Below, one piece after another: positions 1 to 11,860 of a stretch of 54,750 bases of DNA. The stretch lies in NCBI RefSeq assembly GCF_001194135.2, contig NC_068991.1, positions 6,336,606 to 6,391,355 on the forward strand, in the 5' to 3' direction. This DNA is from Octopus bimaculoides. Taxonomy: Eukaryota. The notes below the pieces were generated by a model. That model was not told the origin of the DNA and searched no databases. It saw only the letters and a program-made list of their open reading frames with translations. The number at the start of each line of letters is the position of its first letter. Within the stretch, counting starts at the first letter, position 1. Both the position numbers and the translations under genes were made by a program.

Positions 1-318
1 ATGTATACATATCCACATACATTAATAAAATCTAATAATGTTTGATGTATAATATGCAGACCTTAGTGGTGCTGGCGCAAAATCGTTAGAACTTCAGGTT
101 ACGACCAAAAGTTGACACCCAAAACAAAGTTTCATTAGGTTGACGGGTTTCCTTCAAAGCTCCGTGATTAAACTGTAAATGCTGTCAATTGAAATCAAGC
201 TGACAGCGAGGTATCATATGCCTATCCTTTTTGATTTTGTGTGAAATACATACATTCAACAATGAAAATAACTGCAGTATTTATATTAATTGTCATCAAT
301 TCTATTATAAAAGTCGAA

Positions 319-328
319 GTCACATGAC
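319..328. promoter_or_regulatory. GTCACATGAC M-box/CLEAR-like element in a CpG-enriched patch
   Basis: Sequence match to the MiT/TFE/USF-type site; function not shown. Confidence 0.3.
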
Positions 329-929
329 AACCTGTCGATAAAACGAGGGCGTCATGCTTTAACACAATTCCCCGTTTAGTTTGAATTCAAATAGAGAAAT
401 ATGTTTGTGGGGGTGTATTGAAAGAATGCTTTAAAGACAACGTTTTAAATTTCAGTAAGTTTCCAGTTAAATAAATGAGTCCTAGAACTGATGACCCCTT
501 TGACAAATATTTTCAAATTTTCAATGATTCAAATGCTTGACTGGATTTATTATAAACCTGTATCAATATTATTCAATACAACCCAAATGGTTAGGGGGAC
601 AGGCATACATCTTTGTTCTCTTCCCTGACATTTTTAGTTCAAAGCTTTCAATCAGGCGTGATAAAATACTTACCAGACAACTCTAGTAGTAAGGTTGCCT
701 CTATTGCCTATACCTGATCACTTCAAACCAATATGAAGCAGTGTGCTGGCATGGGTTGGACGGATTGACAGGAGCCGGCCAGCTGACCAGCTCCTATTAA
801 ACCATCCAACCCATGCCAACATGGAAAGTGGATATTAAATGATGATATATGTATATTTTGTTCTTTCCTTAGTTAATGTAATGGCATTTCATAAAATATA
901 GTGCTGATGCCACATAAAAATCACCCATA

Positions 930-1110
930 CCAGTGCTGTATAAAAGCACCCAGTACACTCTGTAAAATGGTTGGCATTAAGAAGGGCATCCAGCCATACA
1001 AACCATGTCAAAACAGACGGAGCCTGAACAGCTCGTCAGCTGGCCGGCTCCTGTCAATCCGTCCAACCCATGCCAGCATGAAAAGTAGACGTTAAATGAT
1101 GATGACGATA
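930..1110 (+). mobile_element. SINE-like family C (…ggttggcattaggaagggcatccagc…ccaacccatgccagcatggaa…gatgatgatg tail)
   Basis: Further copies at about 7612-7900(-), 12868-13065(-), 38825-39010(-), 43010-43180(+), 47360-47635(-). Confidence 0.8.
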
Positions 1111-1340
1111 ACTGGATGTTTGAGAAGTTACATGATGGAAGTTGGTATACAGCTGACACTTATGACAAGATTATATTTATTTAACAAGAAAATGTGATGA
1201 TATTTTTACAGAAATCTATGATAAGTTCTTGTAAATTATTATGAATTTAGAAATCAGGTTAATTTAGCTGTTTTGCTTTCTTGAAAGTAAGTTGAGATAT
1301 TGTAATATTACACTTGAGTATAAAATTATATTTTGGAATA

Positions 1341-1356
1341 TTTATTGACATTTATT
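1341..1356 (-). terminator. Tandem polyadenylation signals of PLD3-like gene
   Basis: Two AATAAA hexamers 7 and 17 nt after the stop codon. Confidence 0.55.
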
Positions 1357-1362
1357 CTGAGA

Positions 1363-1523
1363 TTATCTTCTTTTGACGGGAAATGAATATTTAGAGTTCC
1401 AGTCTCTTTGAAAAACAGCTTCAAGTTGCTGGCGCAAATTTACTTTTTTCGTATCTGTTGGTCTGACAATCAATCCCAGTCCTGCTGTGGATGTAAAGTA
1501 ATCACCACTCCAGTTGGACGTTC
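1363..1523 (-). CDS. PLD3: PLD3-like last coding exon ([20 protein letters not shown]...[20 protein letters not shown])
   Basis: cttgttgcag acceptor; TAA at 1365-1363; AATAAA on the minus strand at 1356-1351 and 1346-1341. Confidence 0.96.
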
Positions 1524-4500
1524 CTGCAACAAGATAGTAAAAGAAATATAATACAACTCTTTTCAGTTTGTCAAAATCTGTGTTTAGGAATTAAAGAAGA
1601 GTGTAATAAATAAAATACTACAAAAGGATAAAATGGGTTCAAATCACACTACACCCAGCTGCTACAATGATGTTGCAGTCATCATTGCAAAGAGCAACAT
1701 ATTTCTTTGCAAAACTGATAGTTTTTTTTTAAGGTTTAGTAATCAACAAAAGGCAAGTCTCTTCTACTATGTCCCTAGGCTGAACAAAGCCTTGTGAGTG
1801 GATTTGGTAGACAGAAACTGAATAAAGTCCATCATGTATCATTCCTAAGCTAGTGTTAGGAACATAAATTGTGACTAAGGTTTGGTGGAAGATTTTAATT
1901 CAAAACTTATGAAAACAAAATATTTGTACTACAGAGCCAGGGGCGGTTTCAGCTGGGTTGGTATCGAAAGGGTTAAGAGGAGCATCCAGTTAAAGAAACT
2001 ATGCCAAAATATAGTCCTGAAACCCACTGAATAAAGCAAGGCAATAACTTTGAATGAAAGCTAACTTGATCCATTTCAACCCCTCCAAAGGCAAATATAA
2101 TAGGTAATATTTTTTTTATTTATTTATGCGCCCTTTTAAAGCATGGCCATGCCCATGGGCCCGGTTTCTATGGTGTATGTGCCCTCCCCCCAGCTGGAGG
2201 GGACGCCAGTCCATCGCAGCTTTACTAAAAAAACAGGAAGAAAGACTGAGAGAAAGTTGGGGCGAAAGAGTACAACAGGGGTTGCTACCGGCCCCCTACC
2301 GGAGCCTTGTAGAGCTTAGGTGTTATCGCTCAATAAACATACACAACGTCTGGTCTGGGAATCGAAACTGTGATCCTCTGGGACATTGTGCCTCCAAGAA
2401 ATAATAAGAGAGGCAAAATTAGTAGAAGAGAATGTAGTGAATCACTTCTAACTGAGCAGACCTGTGATCAAAGTATTTAAGCAATAGCTATGACATCTCT
2501 TTCTTTCTGCAACAACATGTAGTCTTGAGGGAGATTAAACAGATCAAGCAATGGCACACAGAGTTTGCTTTATTGATGTTCTGAGGTGTGATTAATAAAG
2601 TGGTTACCAGGAATTTGATAGAAGCAGATAGCATAAGTGACTGGGAATTGACAAATGGTAGATTAATAGTCATAAGAAAAGAAAAAAACTTTCTCTGCAT
2701 TTGAAATGAATTCAAATTTCTGCTATATGGGTAACAACTGAATTTCAGAGTTCATAATTGTTTTAACTTCTTGGAAAAAAAAGTAATGAAAACTATTTTA
2801 CCAATATAGGCATCAGTATCTGTCACCATATATTTGTCATGGTTAACACGTGCAAAAGGAATCTTATCCTGTTCAGGTGTAAAACTTGGAACGTGGAAGA
2901 ATTTCTGAAATTGCAAAAGAAATAGCAAGATAACATTATGTGTAAGAAACGTGATGTTTGTTGGTGGCATGCATGATGAGGGCAGAAAATTTGGTGAACA
3001 TTGAAAATATGAAACGAGTATAACCTTTTGGAGACAAAATGCTAATTTACATCAAAAGGCTGAAGAGAAGTCATCATCATTTTCACATCTACTTTTTCAT
3101 ACTCATGGGTCAGATGGAATTTGTTGAGATAGATTTTAATATGGCTGGATGCTCTTCCTGTCATCAATCCTCACCTGTTTCCAAGCAAAGTAATATTTTC
3201 CCATAGTGGGGGAAAACTTTGTGAGGACTGATATGAAAATGATAAACTCCAAAGTTTTTTTTTTTTTATTTTAATTAAAAAATTTTTTTATTTTAAAGCA
3301 TTACAAGGTCCTTAGAGCACTGAAAATGTAAGAGCTATTAGAGAATAAAATGGACGCTAGAGAGAAGTCAATAGATGGTGACGTGCATTAGACTTAAAAG
3401 ACTAGAGGTCATACTGAAGAGGAAAACAACTGGTGTTGGTGCCACATTTTAATAAACAACAACAATAAAATCAAAACGCATCAAAAACACAAAGTACATA
3501 CCACTTGAATTCTAGCTCGTCCAGTACCACTCAGAGCAGCCAAAGAATTAAGGTAATTGTCTACACTTGGCTTTGTGTGTTTCCACAAGCTACACATCAT
3601 GAAGACTTCAACACCTTTGTTAAATGACACATTTCTGAGGGCATTATCAATAACTGGCCAGTATCTGGTAATGAAAGGAACAAAAAGCTTTTAAAAATAC
3701 TATATATTTTGTATCGCACTGGTATTGAAAGAGATTAGGTTGTCTATTCTCCACTGGAAAAGGATTTTGGAGATATTTGGTCATAAAAGCAACCGTATAT
3801 TTACATAAGTGAAAGAAAGTAAAACAGTGATGACATGAACAACATACTTTTTAGGATAACTGTATATAAGAGCAGGAGCATAATCCATGACAGCAATGTG
3901 GATAAACTTCTTAGCAGAATAGATAACATCCAGTATTGCATCGATGTCACCTGTTCGTCCATTTGCACAGAAAGGCGGAGGGGAACTCTGGAAAAAAAAT
4001 GGGTTTTTGATATATTTAAGAAAGAAATAATATATTTTCTGAGGTCATAAGAAATTTTGAAAAATACTTAGGGAGGAGAGAGTTTTGTGGCTACAGTCTC
4101 GCATGGCTTGACAGGTCTACACAAGCATGGTATATTGCCAAAGGTCTTGGTCACCCGTCACTGCCTTCACGAGGCCCAACACAAAATTAAAAGAAAACGG
4201 ATATTTGTTTTCCTGAAAGTAGATAGAAATAAGCAAAGTGATGTGTTTTGTCCAAGAGAGTAACTTATGAGAAACAAAGAGTGAATGCATAACTAATTTC
4301 TCTATAAACTTAACAAATTTGACACATATCTCTTAGTGTTTTTGGTATGAAATAAACTTTGGTAATAGAAACTTACCGACAAATATGTATTATAATTGGT
4401 TTTATTGAAATTCACATTCAGAGGATTGGTTTTATTGAAGTTAGTACTGTAAGAGTTTGGCCATACCCTCGGCAGTTTCTCAACTTTACTCAAATACCAG

Positions 4501-7500
4501 TAGACATCAAATAACTTCCCCATATCTTGTGAAAGAGAACTACAGTTGGAGACTATGGCACCCATTTCTTTTATCTGAAAATAAATAAAGGACATTGTAT
4601 TTTTTAGAAACTTATAATACAATATATAGAAAGAGAATAATTTTTCCATTGTCTTGTTATATTATTTTTCAGAATATTTTTTTCCCTGGCAGGATTCCTC
4701 ATATCTCATGATATTCTTTTATTCTTTTACTTGTTTCAGTCATTTGATTGTGGCCATGCTGGGGCACTGCCTTTAGTTGAACAAATCGACCCCCAAGACT
4801 NNNNNNNNNNCTGGGGCACTGCCTTTAGTTGAACAAATCGACCCCCAAGACTTATTCTTTGTAAGCCTAGTACTTATTCTATTGGTTTCTTTTGTTGAAC
4901 CGCTAATTTAAAGGGACATAAACACATGAACATCAGTTGTCAAGCAATGGTGGTGGTGGGGGGGACAAACACAGATGCACACACACACACATATATACGA
5001 TGGGCTTCTTTCAGTTTCCATCTACCAAATCCACTCACAAGGCTTCGGTCGGCCTGATGCTATAGTGCTATAGTAGAACACACTTGCCCATGGTGTCACA
5101 TAGTGGGACTGAACCCAGAAACATGTGATTGGGAAGCAAGCTTCTTACAAAACAGTTATGCTTGCACCTATATGCTTACTTAATTCTCATTAAAACTCAT
5201 TTGTAAGTCATATTTTCATATTGTCATTGCTTCATATCTACGGTTGCGCCAACCGAATAATACATAAAACATTAGTCTTTAATATCATCATCATCATTCA
5301 TTATTGCTTTAACATTGACTTTTCCATGATGGCATGGGTCGGATAGAATTTGTTGAGATGAATTTTCTATGGCTGGATGCCCTTCCTGTCACTATCCCTC
5401 ATTTGTTTTCCTTGTAACGTAATATTTTGCCATAACCTGACAGGTGTTCATGGAAGATTAAAACTGAAGGATATCATTTCCATGACAACAGCATTCACAA
5501 CTATCACCTGATGTAAAGGCAAGGTGACAGTAACATAAGCACACATATATACTAGGGGCTTCTTCCAGTTTCCATCTACCAAATCTACTCACAAGGCTTT
5601 GGTCATCTTAGGGCTATAATAGAAGACACTTACACAAGATGCTCCACAGTGGGACTGAACCTGAAACCAATTGGTTGGGAAGCAAACTTCTTATCACACA
5701 GCCACATCTGTACCTAACACACAAGATGGAAAAAAAAAAAAAAGAAATTCTTACTTGAGTGAATGAACGCCAGTCAAGGTTATTACTTCCAACATAAAAG
5801 TGCTTTCTGTCAATAAGCCACATCTTGGTATGCAAAATTCCAGCATGCATAAGTTTTTGCACATTTAAATTCCGAACAATTGCAGAAGCTAATGTATTTA
5901 AAAAGAAGGAAAAAGAAGAGAGAAAGTAGAAAAAAAAAGTAATTAAAATCATATCATTTCCAAATTAATGAAATTATCAATATATTCCTACTGCTTCTTT
6001 TAATCATTTAAGAGCAAAATCGGTACATATTTCATCTGCCTTTTGTGGTATCAGTTACCTCCAACTTCTACTTGGAATTACTTCCTATTAACATCCATCC
6101 ATCATTATCATCCCTTCCTGTACTATTTTGTACCAATCACCTCCTTTCTTTGCCTGCAGTTAGCTCTCCTTCTCCTCTGAGTTACATTCTAAACCTGCCA
6201 CACTTCATCTTTAATAATTCTCATATCTGCTAACATTCTCAATACTCTCTCATATCCTCATCAATGCCCCCCATTTCACCATTGTCACCTCATTCACTTT
6301 AGCCCACCTTATGTATCTCTGACCTCCATCTCTGTCACTGCATATTTCTCTACTTTCTGATCACTCTACAGCTTTATGATAATGTTCTCTGTTGCTCCCC
6401 TCCCTTCCTGTACTACTACTTGTCATCTCCTTCCTGAGCCACTTTTATCTCTCTCTGATATTTACCATCAACCACACGTCCACCCTTGTTCATCACTCAA
6501 CACATTCACTCCTACCCACCATCTCTAACTATCTGTTGCTCTCCGCTTACACTTTTATGAAATTACTCGCCCTCTCCCCTGATCCACTGTTTGTATTCTC
6601 TCTTATACTTACCCTCTTGTACCTTCAATGCTCACTGATATCCCATCACTGTTATCTTTGTCTTCTTTCTAGCTGCTCCCACCCATCCTTATAGATGTCA
6701 GTATGTGACAACCTACAATTTTACAATTGCATGTGAGAAAGAAGGGTCACCATCTTGTACGTAAAACGACAAGAAAGATAAAAAGTTATGAGACATTCAT
6801 AATAAGTCAACATATTTATTACTGGATGTAATGCGTTAACATATAAGAATGGTTTGAAAGAAAAGGCTTGTAACATATTACATGAACATACTTCGCAACC
6901 ATGTCTCAAAGCAAATGAAGCGAATATGCGCGCATGCATAAGTGTGTGCAAGTGGCGTGGCTCCATGGGTACACCTAGGAACCGACAGGCGAAAGGAGCA
7001 CAAAATTAGAATTACGTTCGCTTTATATAAAGGATGAACTTGATTTCTACGTCATCTGGAAGTTAATTGGAAGCTTCTAGAATATCCGAGAATTTTCAAG
7101 AAGGTCGAGGGAGATTACTCTTGTTAGATCCCTTGTCCCTTCTGCTTTCCTGCTTGACCGCCAGGGTTCACTACAAGACAAAATGCTCGATGGCGTTTCT
7201 TCTGGCTTTTGAAGTTGACTTTGTCTTTCATCCTTTTTGGGGTTGATGAAATAAAAGTACCAGTTGCTGCATTTGATTTGTCCTCTCCCATCAAAATTAC
7301 TAGCCTTGACCCCTGCAATGGACTAGTGCCCCATTCAAGGGTAATGTTATGATCTCAGTCAATTATATACCATAAAAACAAAACAACCAGCCTTTATAAG
7401 TTCCAGGGCTTGAGATAAAACAAGAAAACTTCAACATTGAATATCATTACATGGTTTTTGTCATCTCAACTTCTGAATGTACATTGATGTTGTTATCTCT

Positions 7501-10500
7501 ATCAAAGTCATCATCCCAATGATGACAACTCACAAAATTTAAAAGCAGACCAAACCACAATATAGGTATCACATGCTCTGACTGTCATTCCGTACTTCAC
7601 ACAGTCACACATCATCATCATTTAATGTCTGTTTTCCATGCTGGCATGGGTTGGATGGTTCGACAGGGGTTGGCCAGCAAGAGAGCTGCACCAGGCTCCA
7701 GTGTCTGTTTTGGTATAGTTTTTATGGTTGTATACGCTTCTTTATGCCAACCACTTTACAGAGTGTACTGGGTACTTTTTATGTGGCATCAGCCCAGGTG
7801 CTTTTTATGTGGTACCAGCATGGGTACCTTTTACATGGTACTAGTATGGGTGATTTCTATGTGACACTGGCCCAGGTGCTTTTTACATAGCCCCTGCACA
7901 TATATATTGTTTATTCCTGGCTGAAGGAAGCCATTGAGAAGGGAAAAGTATTGAAGAAAATCCTACACTACAATGAAACATTTATGATAAATCCGTTTGT
8001 CTGTCCTCATTTGTCCCCTCTGTGTGTAGCCCCTTGTGGGCAGTAAAGAAATAAGAAACATTTATGATAAAGTTACCTTCTTTGACGAGGATTTTTGTGT
8101 CAGTATTAGGAAAACGTGGGTTCGCTTGATTCTGGACAATTTTTATTGTAATTTTCCTATTCTTTCCAGCATCAATGAGTTTTTTAAAAATATTCTCTCC
8201 CTAAAGTAAAAGAAAAGTTATATACAACTAAAAAAATAATAAACACACAGCCAAAAATGTTGAAGTTATAATCCTAGAAATGTAGAGAAATAAATAGATT
8301 TATGTAAATCCAACACTACACAAATGTCAAAATTGATATTTCTCAAACGAACTAATTCTAGCATGGAGAAATCAGGGAAACAAGTGTATAATAAAAGGAA
8401 ATGAAGACAGTGAAAAAGAGCAGAGAATCTGAAAGAAGTAGAAGACAAGAATATTCAGCACAAATATTACTAAATTTTCCCAACCATCTGAATTAATTAT
8501 TAGTATGTATTATTATTAAGGTGGTAAGCTGGCAGAATTGTTAGCATGCCAGGTGAAATGCTTAGTGACATTTCATCTGTCTTGATGTTCTGGGTTTAAA
8601 TTCTGCTGAGGTCAACTTTGCCTTTCATCCTTTCAGGATCAATAAGTTAAGTACCAGTTGCATACTGGGGTCAATCTAATAGATTTGTCAAACAGCTTAT
8701 CTGCCTCCCTTGAAAATGTTGGCCTTGTGCCCAAAAATTCTTTTCTACTCAAGGCACAAGGCCCGAAATTTTTGGAGAGTGGGGGGCAGTCAATTAGATT
8801 GACCCCAATACACAAATGGTACTTAATTTATTGACCCCGAAAGGCATAAAGACAGACGAAATAACGCTAAGCATTTCACCTGGTGTGTTAACGTTTCTGC
8901 CAGTTTGCCGCCTTTTTGTGCCAAAAAACTGAAATGAAATATACATTATTATTCTTGTGAATAGTTTTGTTGAGTTAACAAAGGGATGTGGGTTCAAATC
9001 CCACATGTACTGGAAAGCCTACTTTTTCTCTCAAGGGCTTATATGTTCCATTATTCGACTATTTCCTTAGTCATTTGCACGGTGATCGCTATAAGCTTTA
9101 AAAAAATACCATTATTATTATTATTATTTTTATAGATGACTAGCAGAAATACCCGGCTTTGCCCAGGTTAAAGAGAATAATGAAATCTAAAAACGCCGTC
9201 TAGACTACGCAACCCTCAACTGTTAGTAGCTACGATACCATATTTCTACATTAATAACTCTCCAATCCATGCCAGCATGGAACATAGCCATTAAGTGGAA
9301 TGCCAGTCTCTCATCTAGGAGGGCCTTGAAATCAATGTTACCAACTGGGGACTATGTGTGTCGCAGTGATAATAAAAAGACCCAAAGGAGGTCTGCAACG
9401 AAATAATTTTACTCAACACTTTGCAAGTGAATCAGTGGAGGCAAAGATGTGTCTCATTTACTTGACAATTTATGCACCACATTGCAGAAATCCCAATGTA
9501 AGTATATCTGAAAGGGTAGTCTTACANNNNNNNNNNNNNNNNNNNNNNNNNNNNNNNNNNNNNNNNNNNNNNNNNNNNNNNNNNNNNNNNNNNNNNNNNN
9601 NNNNNNNNNNNNNNNNNNNNNNNNNNNNNNNNNNNNNNNNNNNNNNNNNNNNNNNNNNNNNNNNNNNNNNNNNNNNNNNNNNNNNNNNNNNNNNNNNNNN
9701 NNNNNNNNNNNNNNNNNNNNNNNNNNNNNNNNNNNNNNNNNNNNNNNNNNNNNNNNNNNNNNNNNNNNNNNNNNNNNNNNNNNNNNNNNNNNNNNNNNNN
9801 NNNNNNNNNNNNNNNNNNNNNNNNNNNNNNNNNNNNNNNNNNNNNNNNNNNNNNNNNNNNNNNNNNNNNNNNNNNNNNNNNNNNNNNNNNNNNNNNNNNN
9901 NNNNNNNNNNNNNNNNNNNNNNNNNNNNNNNNNNNNNNNNNNNNNNNNNNNNNNNNNNNNNNNNNNNNNNNNNNNNNNNNNNNNNNNNNNNNNNNNNNNN
10001 NNNNNNNNNNNNNNNNNNNNNNNNNNNNNNNNNNNNNNNNNNNNNNNNNNNNNNNNNNNNNNNNNNNNNNNNNNNNNNNNNNNNNNNNNNNNNNNNNNNN
10101 NNNNNNNNNNNNNNNNNNNNNNNNNNNNNNNNNNNNNNNNNNNNNNNNNNNNNNNNNNNNNNNNNNNNNNNNNNNNNNNNNNNNNNNNNNNNNNNNNNNN
10201 NNNNNNNNNNNNNNNNNNNNNNNNNNNNNNNNNNNNNNNNNNNNNNNNNNNNNNNNNNNNNNNNNNNNNNNNNNNNNNNNNNNNNNNNNACATCTATATG
10301 TATACATATACATCTCTCTCTCTCTGAAAGTATCTGTCACTACAGTATCAAAATGTGATTGTTTCAGTTAGTAGAATAGTTTCATTTTTAAAGTGAAAGT
10401 ATTTGACATGAGTGTTTTTGTTTCACTTTTGACACGTAATACTTAAATAGTGGAGGAGATATTATGTTGCCGTGGGCTCGAACTCTGCAAGAAGTTAAAT

Positions 10501-11597
10501 TTTTTTTTTGACTAAAACACAACTGGAACCCTAAGTAAGGCATGTGTAAAATTTGAATGAAATTGGTTGCGTAGTTCTCGAGTTTTAGGGATTCACACAG
10601 ACAGACAGACAGACAGACAGACACACATTCTCATTTTTATATATATAGATAATATATACATGCAAGATGGTGTTGAATAAATCTTCAGGATAATAAACAT
10701 AAAAAACAAATTAACTAGAGGTGAAAATATGAACCCTTACTTGCCAAGATGATGATGAATTGTACACATCTTGTGCTTGCAGTGACCAGTAAAAAGAGGC
10801 TATTTCAATTGTATGCTGAGCATTTTCAATCAGGGACATGATGCCATCATAGGTAGACAGGTGTGATGGTGAACCTGGAGGATAGGTCAAATTTTCAGGA
10901 ACACTCTCAGCTAAGGATATCCTAGAAATAAAGATACAATGGCCTTTGATTAGTCAAGTTGAGAAAGCTTATCAAATCTATCTGATATATATTTCTATAA
11001 AAGTGTAATTAAATGCAAAAAAAAAAAAAGTCAACAGCCCAGGAGGGGCTTACAACCACATGGTTCTGGGTTCAGTCCCAATGTGTGGCACCTTTGGCGA
11101 GTGTCTGCTACTATAGCTTCGGGCCAACCAAAGCCTTGCGAGTGGATTTGGTAGACAGAAAATGAAAGAAGCCTGTCATATATATATTTGTAGATATGTG
11201 TGTGTGTGTGTGTGTTTGTGTGTCTGTGTTTCACCCTCCAACATCGCTTGACAACCGGTGCAGTTCAGCAAAAGAGACCGATAGAATAAGTACTAGGCCT
11301 ACAAAGAATAAGTCCTGGGGTCAATTTGCTCAACTAAAGGTGGTGCTCCGGCATGGCCATAGTCAAATGACTGAAACAAATAAAAGAATAAAAGAAAGCC
11401 TGATCAAATCATGTTACTCAACTTGTTGAGCATTACTCAACCTATTGAGCATTACTCAGCTACTGAGTCACCTTTAAAGTATGACAAAGTATTAAAGTCA
11501 TCTGTACTTACATACATTCTGTAGTCATCTTTTCAAACAGGAAGCTGTATGAGCCTAACACATTCAAGTACAGCGTTAATATTAACCGAAAAATCAT
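1363..11597 (-). CDS. PLD3: PLD3-like lysosomal 5'-3' exonuclease / phospholipase D family protein; join(11597-11512,10921-10741,8200-8077,5888-5755,4574-4377,3987-3848,3664-3502,2904-2802,1523-1363), 1290 nt, 429 aa
   Basis: Nine GT-AG exons splice in frame (phases 2,0,1,0,0,2,0,1). Two HxKxxxxD motifs ([16 protein letters not shown]) plus PLD3/4 signatures [31 protein letters not shown] and [10 protein letters not shown]. The start codon is the least certain part. Confidence 0.93.
1847..1976. mobile_element. Truncated copy of the 32253-32467 piggyBac-type MITE
   Basis: aagctagtgttaggaacataaattgtg...gaaagggttaa is near-identical to the right half of that element. Confidence 0.8.
2120..2385 (-). 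mobile_element. SINE-like family G
   Basis: B-box-like gtttcgattccc on the minus strand; shares the aacaggaagaaaga..gagagaaagttg..gaaagagtaca segment with 30735-31025. Confidence 0.65.
2802..2904 (-). CDS. PLD3: PLD3-like exon with second HKD motif ([34 protein letters not shown])
   Basis: [15 protein letters not shown] motif; atttcag acceptor, G|GTAAAA donor; 103 nt. Confidence 0.96.
3502..3664 (-). CDS. PLD3: PLD3-like exon ([30 protein letters not shown]...RARIQV)
   Basis: cattaccag acceptor, GTG|GTATGT donor, 163 nt. Confidence 0.95.
3848..3987 (-). CDS. PLD3: PLD3-like exon ([46 protein letters not shown])
   Basis: ttttccag acceptor, AA|GTATGT donor, 140 nt. Confidence 0.95.
4377..4574 (-). 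CDS. PLD3: PLD3-like exon ([28 protein letters not shown]...YNTYLS)
   Basis: ttttcag acceptor, TCG|GTAAGT donor, 198 nt; matches the KELG..NC.CLA.D..K.F..YW pattern. Confidence 0.95.
4727..5170 (-). mobile_element. tRNA-derived SINE family A (ggctgtgtggtaag...gactgaaacaagtaaaag)
   Basis: Matches the many other copies in this window; contains a 10-N gap. Confidence 0.85.
5755..5888 (-). CDS. PLD3: PLD3-like exon with first HKD motif ([44 protein letters not shown])
   Basis: HTKMWLID motif; CAA|GTAAGA donor; 134 nt. Confidence 0.96.
6704..7175 (-). mobile_element. Probable solo LTR, about 470 bp
   Basis: On the minus strand: TGTAGTGAACC...GGTTGTCACA termini, TATATAAA box at about 7029-7022, AATAAA at 6820-6815, CpG-rich. 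No clean TSD. Confidence 0.5.
7612..7900 (-). mobile_element. SINE-like family C with an internal degenerate ~26-bp tandem motif
   Basis: (cat)n tail; ggtgctttttatgtggcaccagc-type unit repeated about four times. Confidence 0.75.
8077..8200 (-). CDS. PLD3: PLD3-like exon ([41 protein letters not shown])
   Basis: ttactttag acceptor, G|GTAACT donor, 124 nt, phases fit both neighbours. Confidence 0.92.
9527..10289. other. Assembly gap (N-run); others at 4801-4810, 13441-13535, 14617-15005, 19564-19622, 25294-26272, 27043-27052, 29575-29777, 33275-33492
   Basis: Direct. Confidence 0.99.
10741..10921 (-). CDS. PLD3: PLD3-like exon ([60 protein letters not shown])
   Basis: tttctag acceptor, CAA|GTAAGG donor, 181 nt; recognisable PLD3 N-terminal luminal motifs. 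Confidence 0.95.
11052..11395 (+). mobile_element. SINE family A
   Basis: gggttcagtcc B-box-like head, central microsatellite, conserved tail. Confidence 0.85.
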
Positions 11598-11639
11598 AAT
11601 AATAATCCTCCACTCAGCCAATGAAGTCTTCCACAAAAA
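11512..11639 (-). CDS. PLD3: PLD3-like N-terminal exon ([42 protein letters not shown]); ATG at 11597
   Basis: Acceptor ttttgtag at 11641-11640 and donor AT|GTAAGT at 11511. The phase-2 end joins the next exon to give [13 protein letters not shown], which matches the Cys that precedes LVESIP in PLD3. Confidence 0.72.
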
Positions 11640-11860
11640 CTACAAAAAGAGACAAAGAAAAAATGAATTTTGAAAATCTGAAATGCTGTACACCATTGTT
11701 AAATATAGCGATGCAGAAATGGATGTTCATTACTTGAAACATTTCTATCAATTTTGGGAGTTTTTTTTTTTGTTTTTTTACTTTGGGCAGGAGTTGTCTA
11801 CTATAGCCTTGGGCCAGCTAACCAAAGCCTTGTAAATGGATTTGGTAGACAGTAACTGTA

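Noticed and set aside
4760-4852. 42-bp direct repeat around a 10-N gap
   Set aside because: Typical unmerged contig overlap.
6040-6690. Leu/Ser/His-rich ORFs in CT-rich DNA (also 42570-42990, 43260-43700, 39040-39480)
   Set aside because: Low-complexity pyrimidine-rich bodies of interspersed repeats.
9520-9526. GTAAG donor at a gap edge, suggesting a PLD3 exon hidden in the gap
   Set aside because: The exons at 10741 and 8200 already join in phase with no missing PLD3 sequence.
9354-10358. Long ORFs of 270-350 aa in the track (also 14398-15058, 25238-26309, 29418-29789, 33157-33583)
   Set aside because: They are open only because they run through N gaps.
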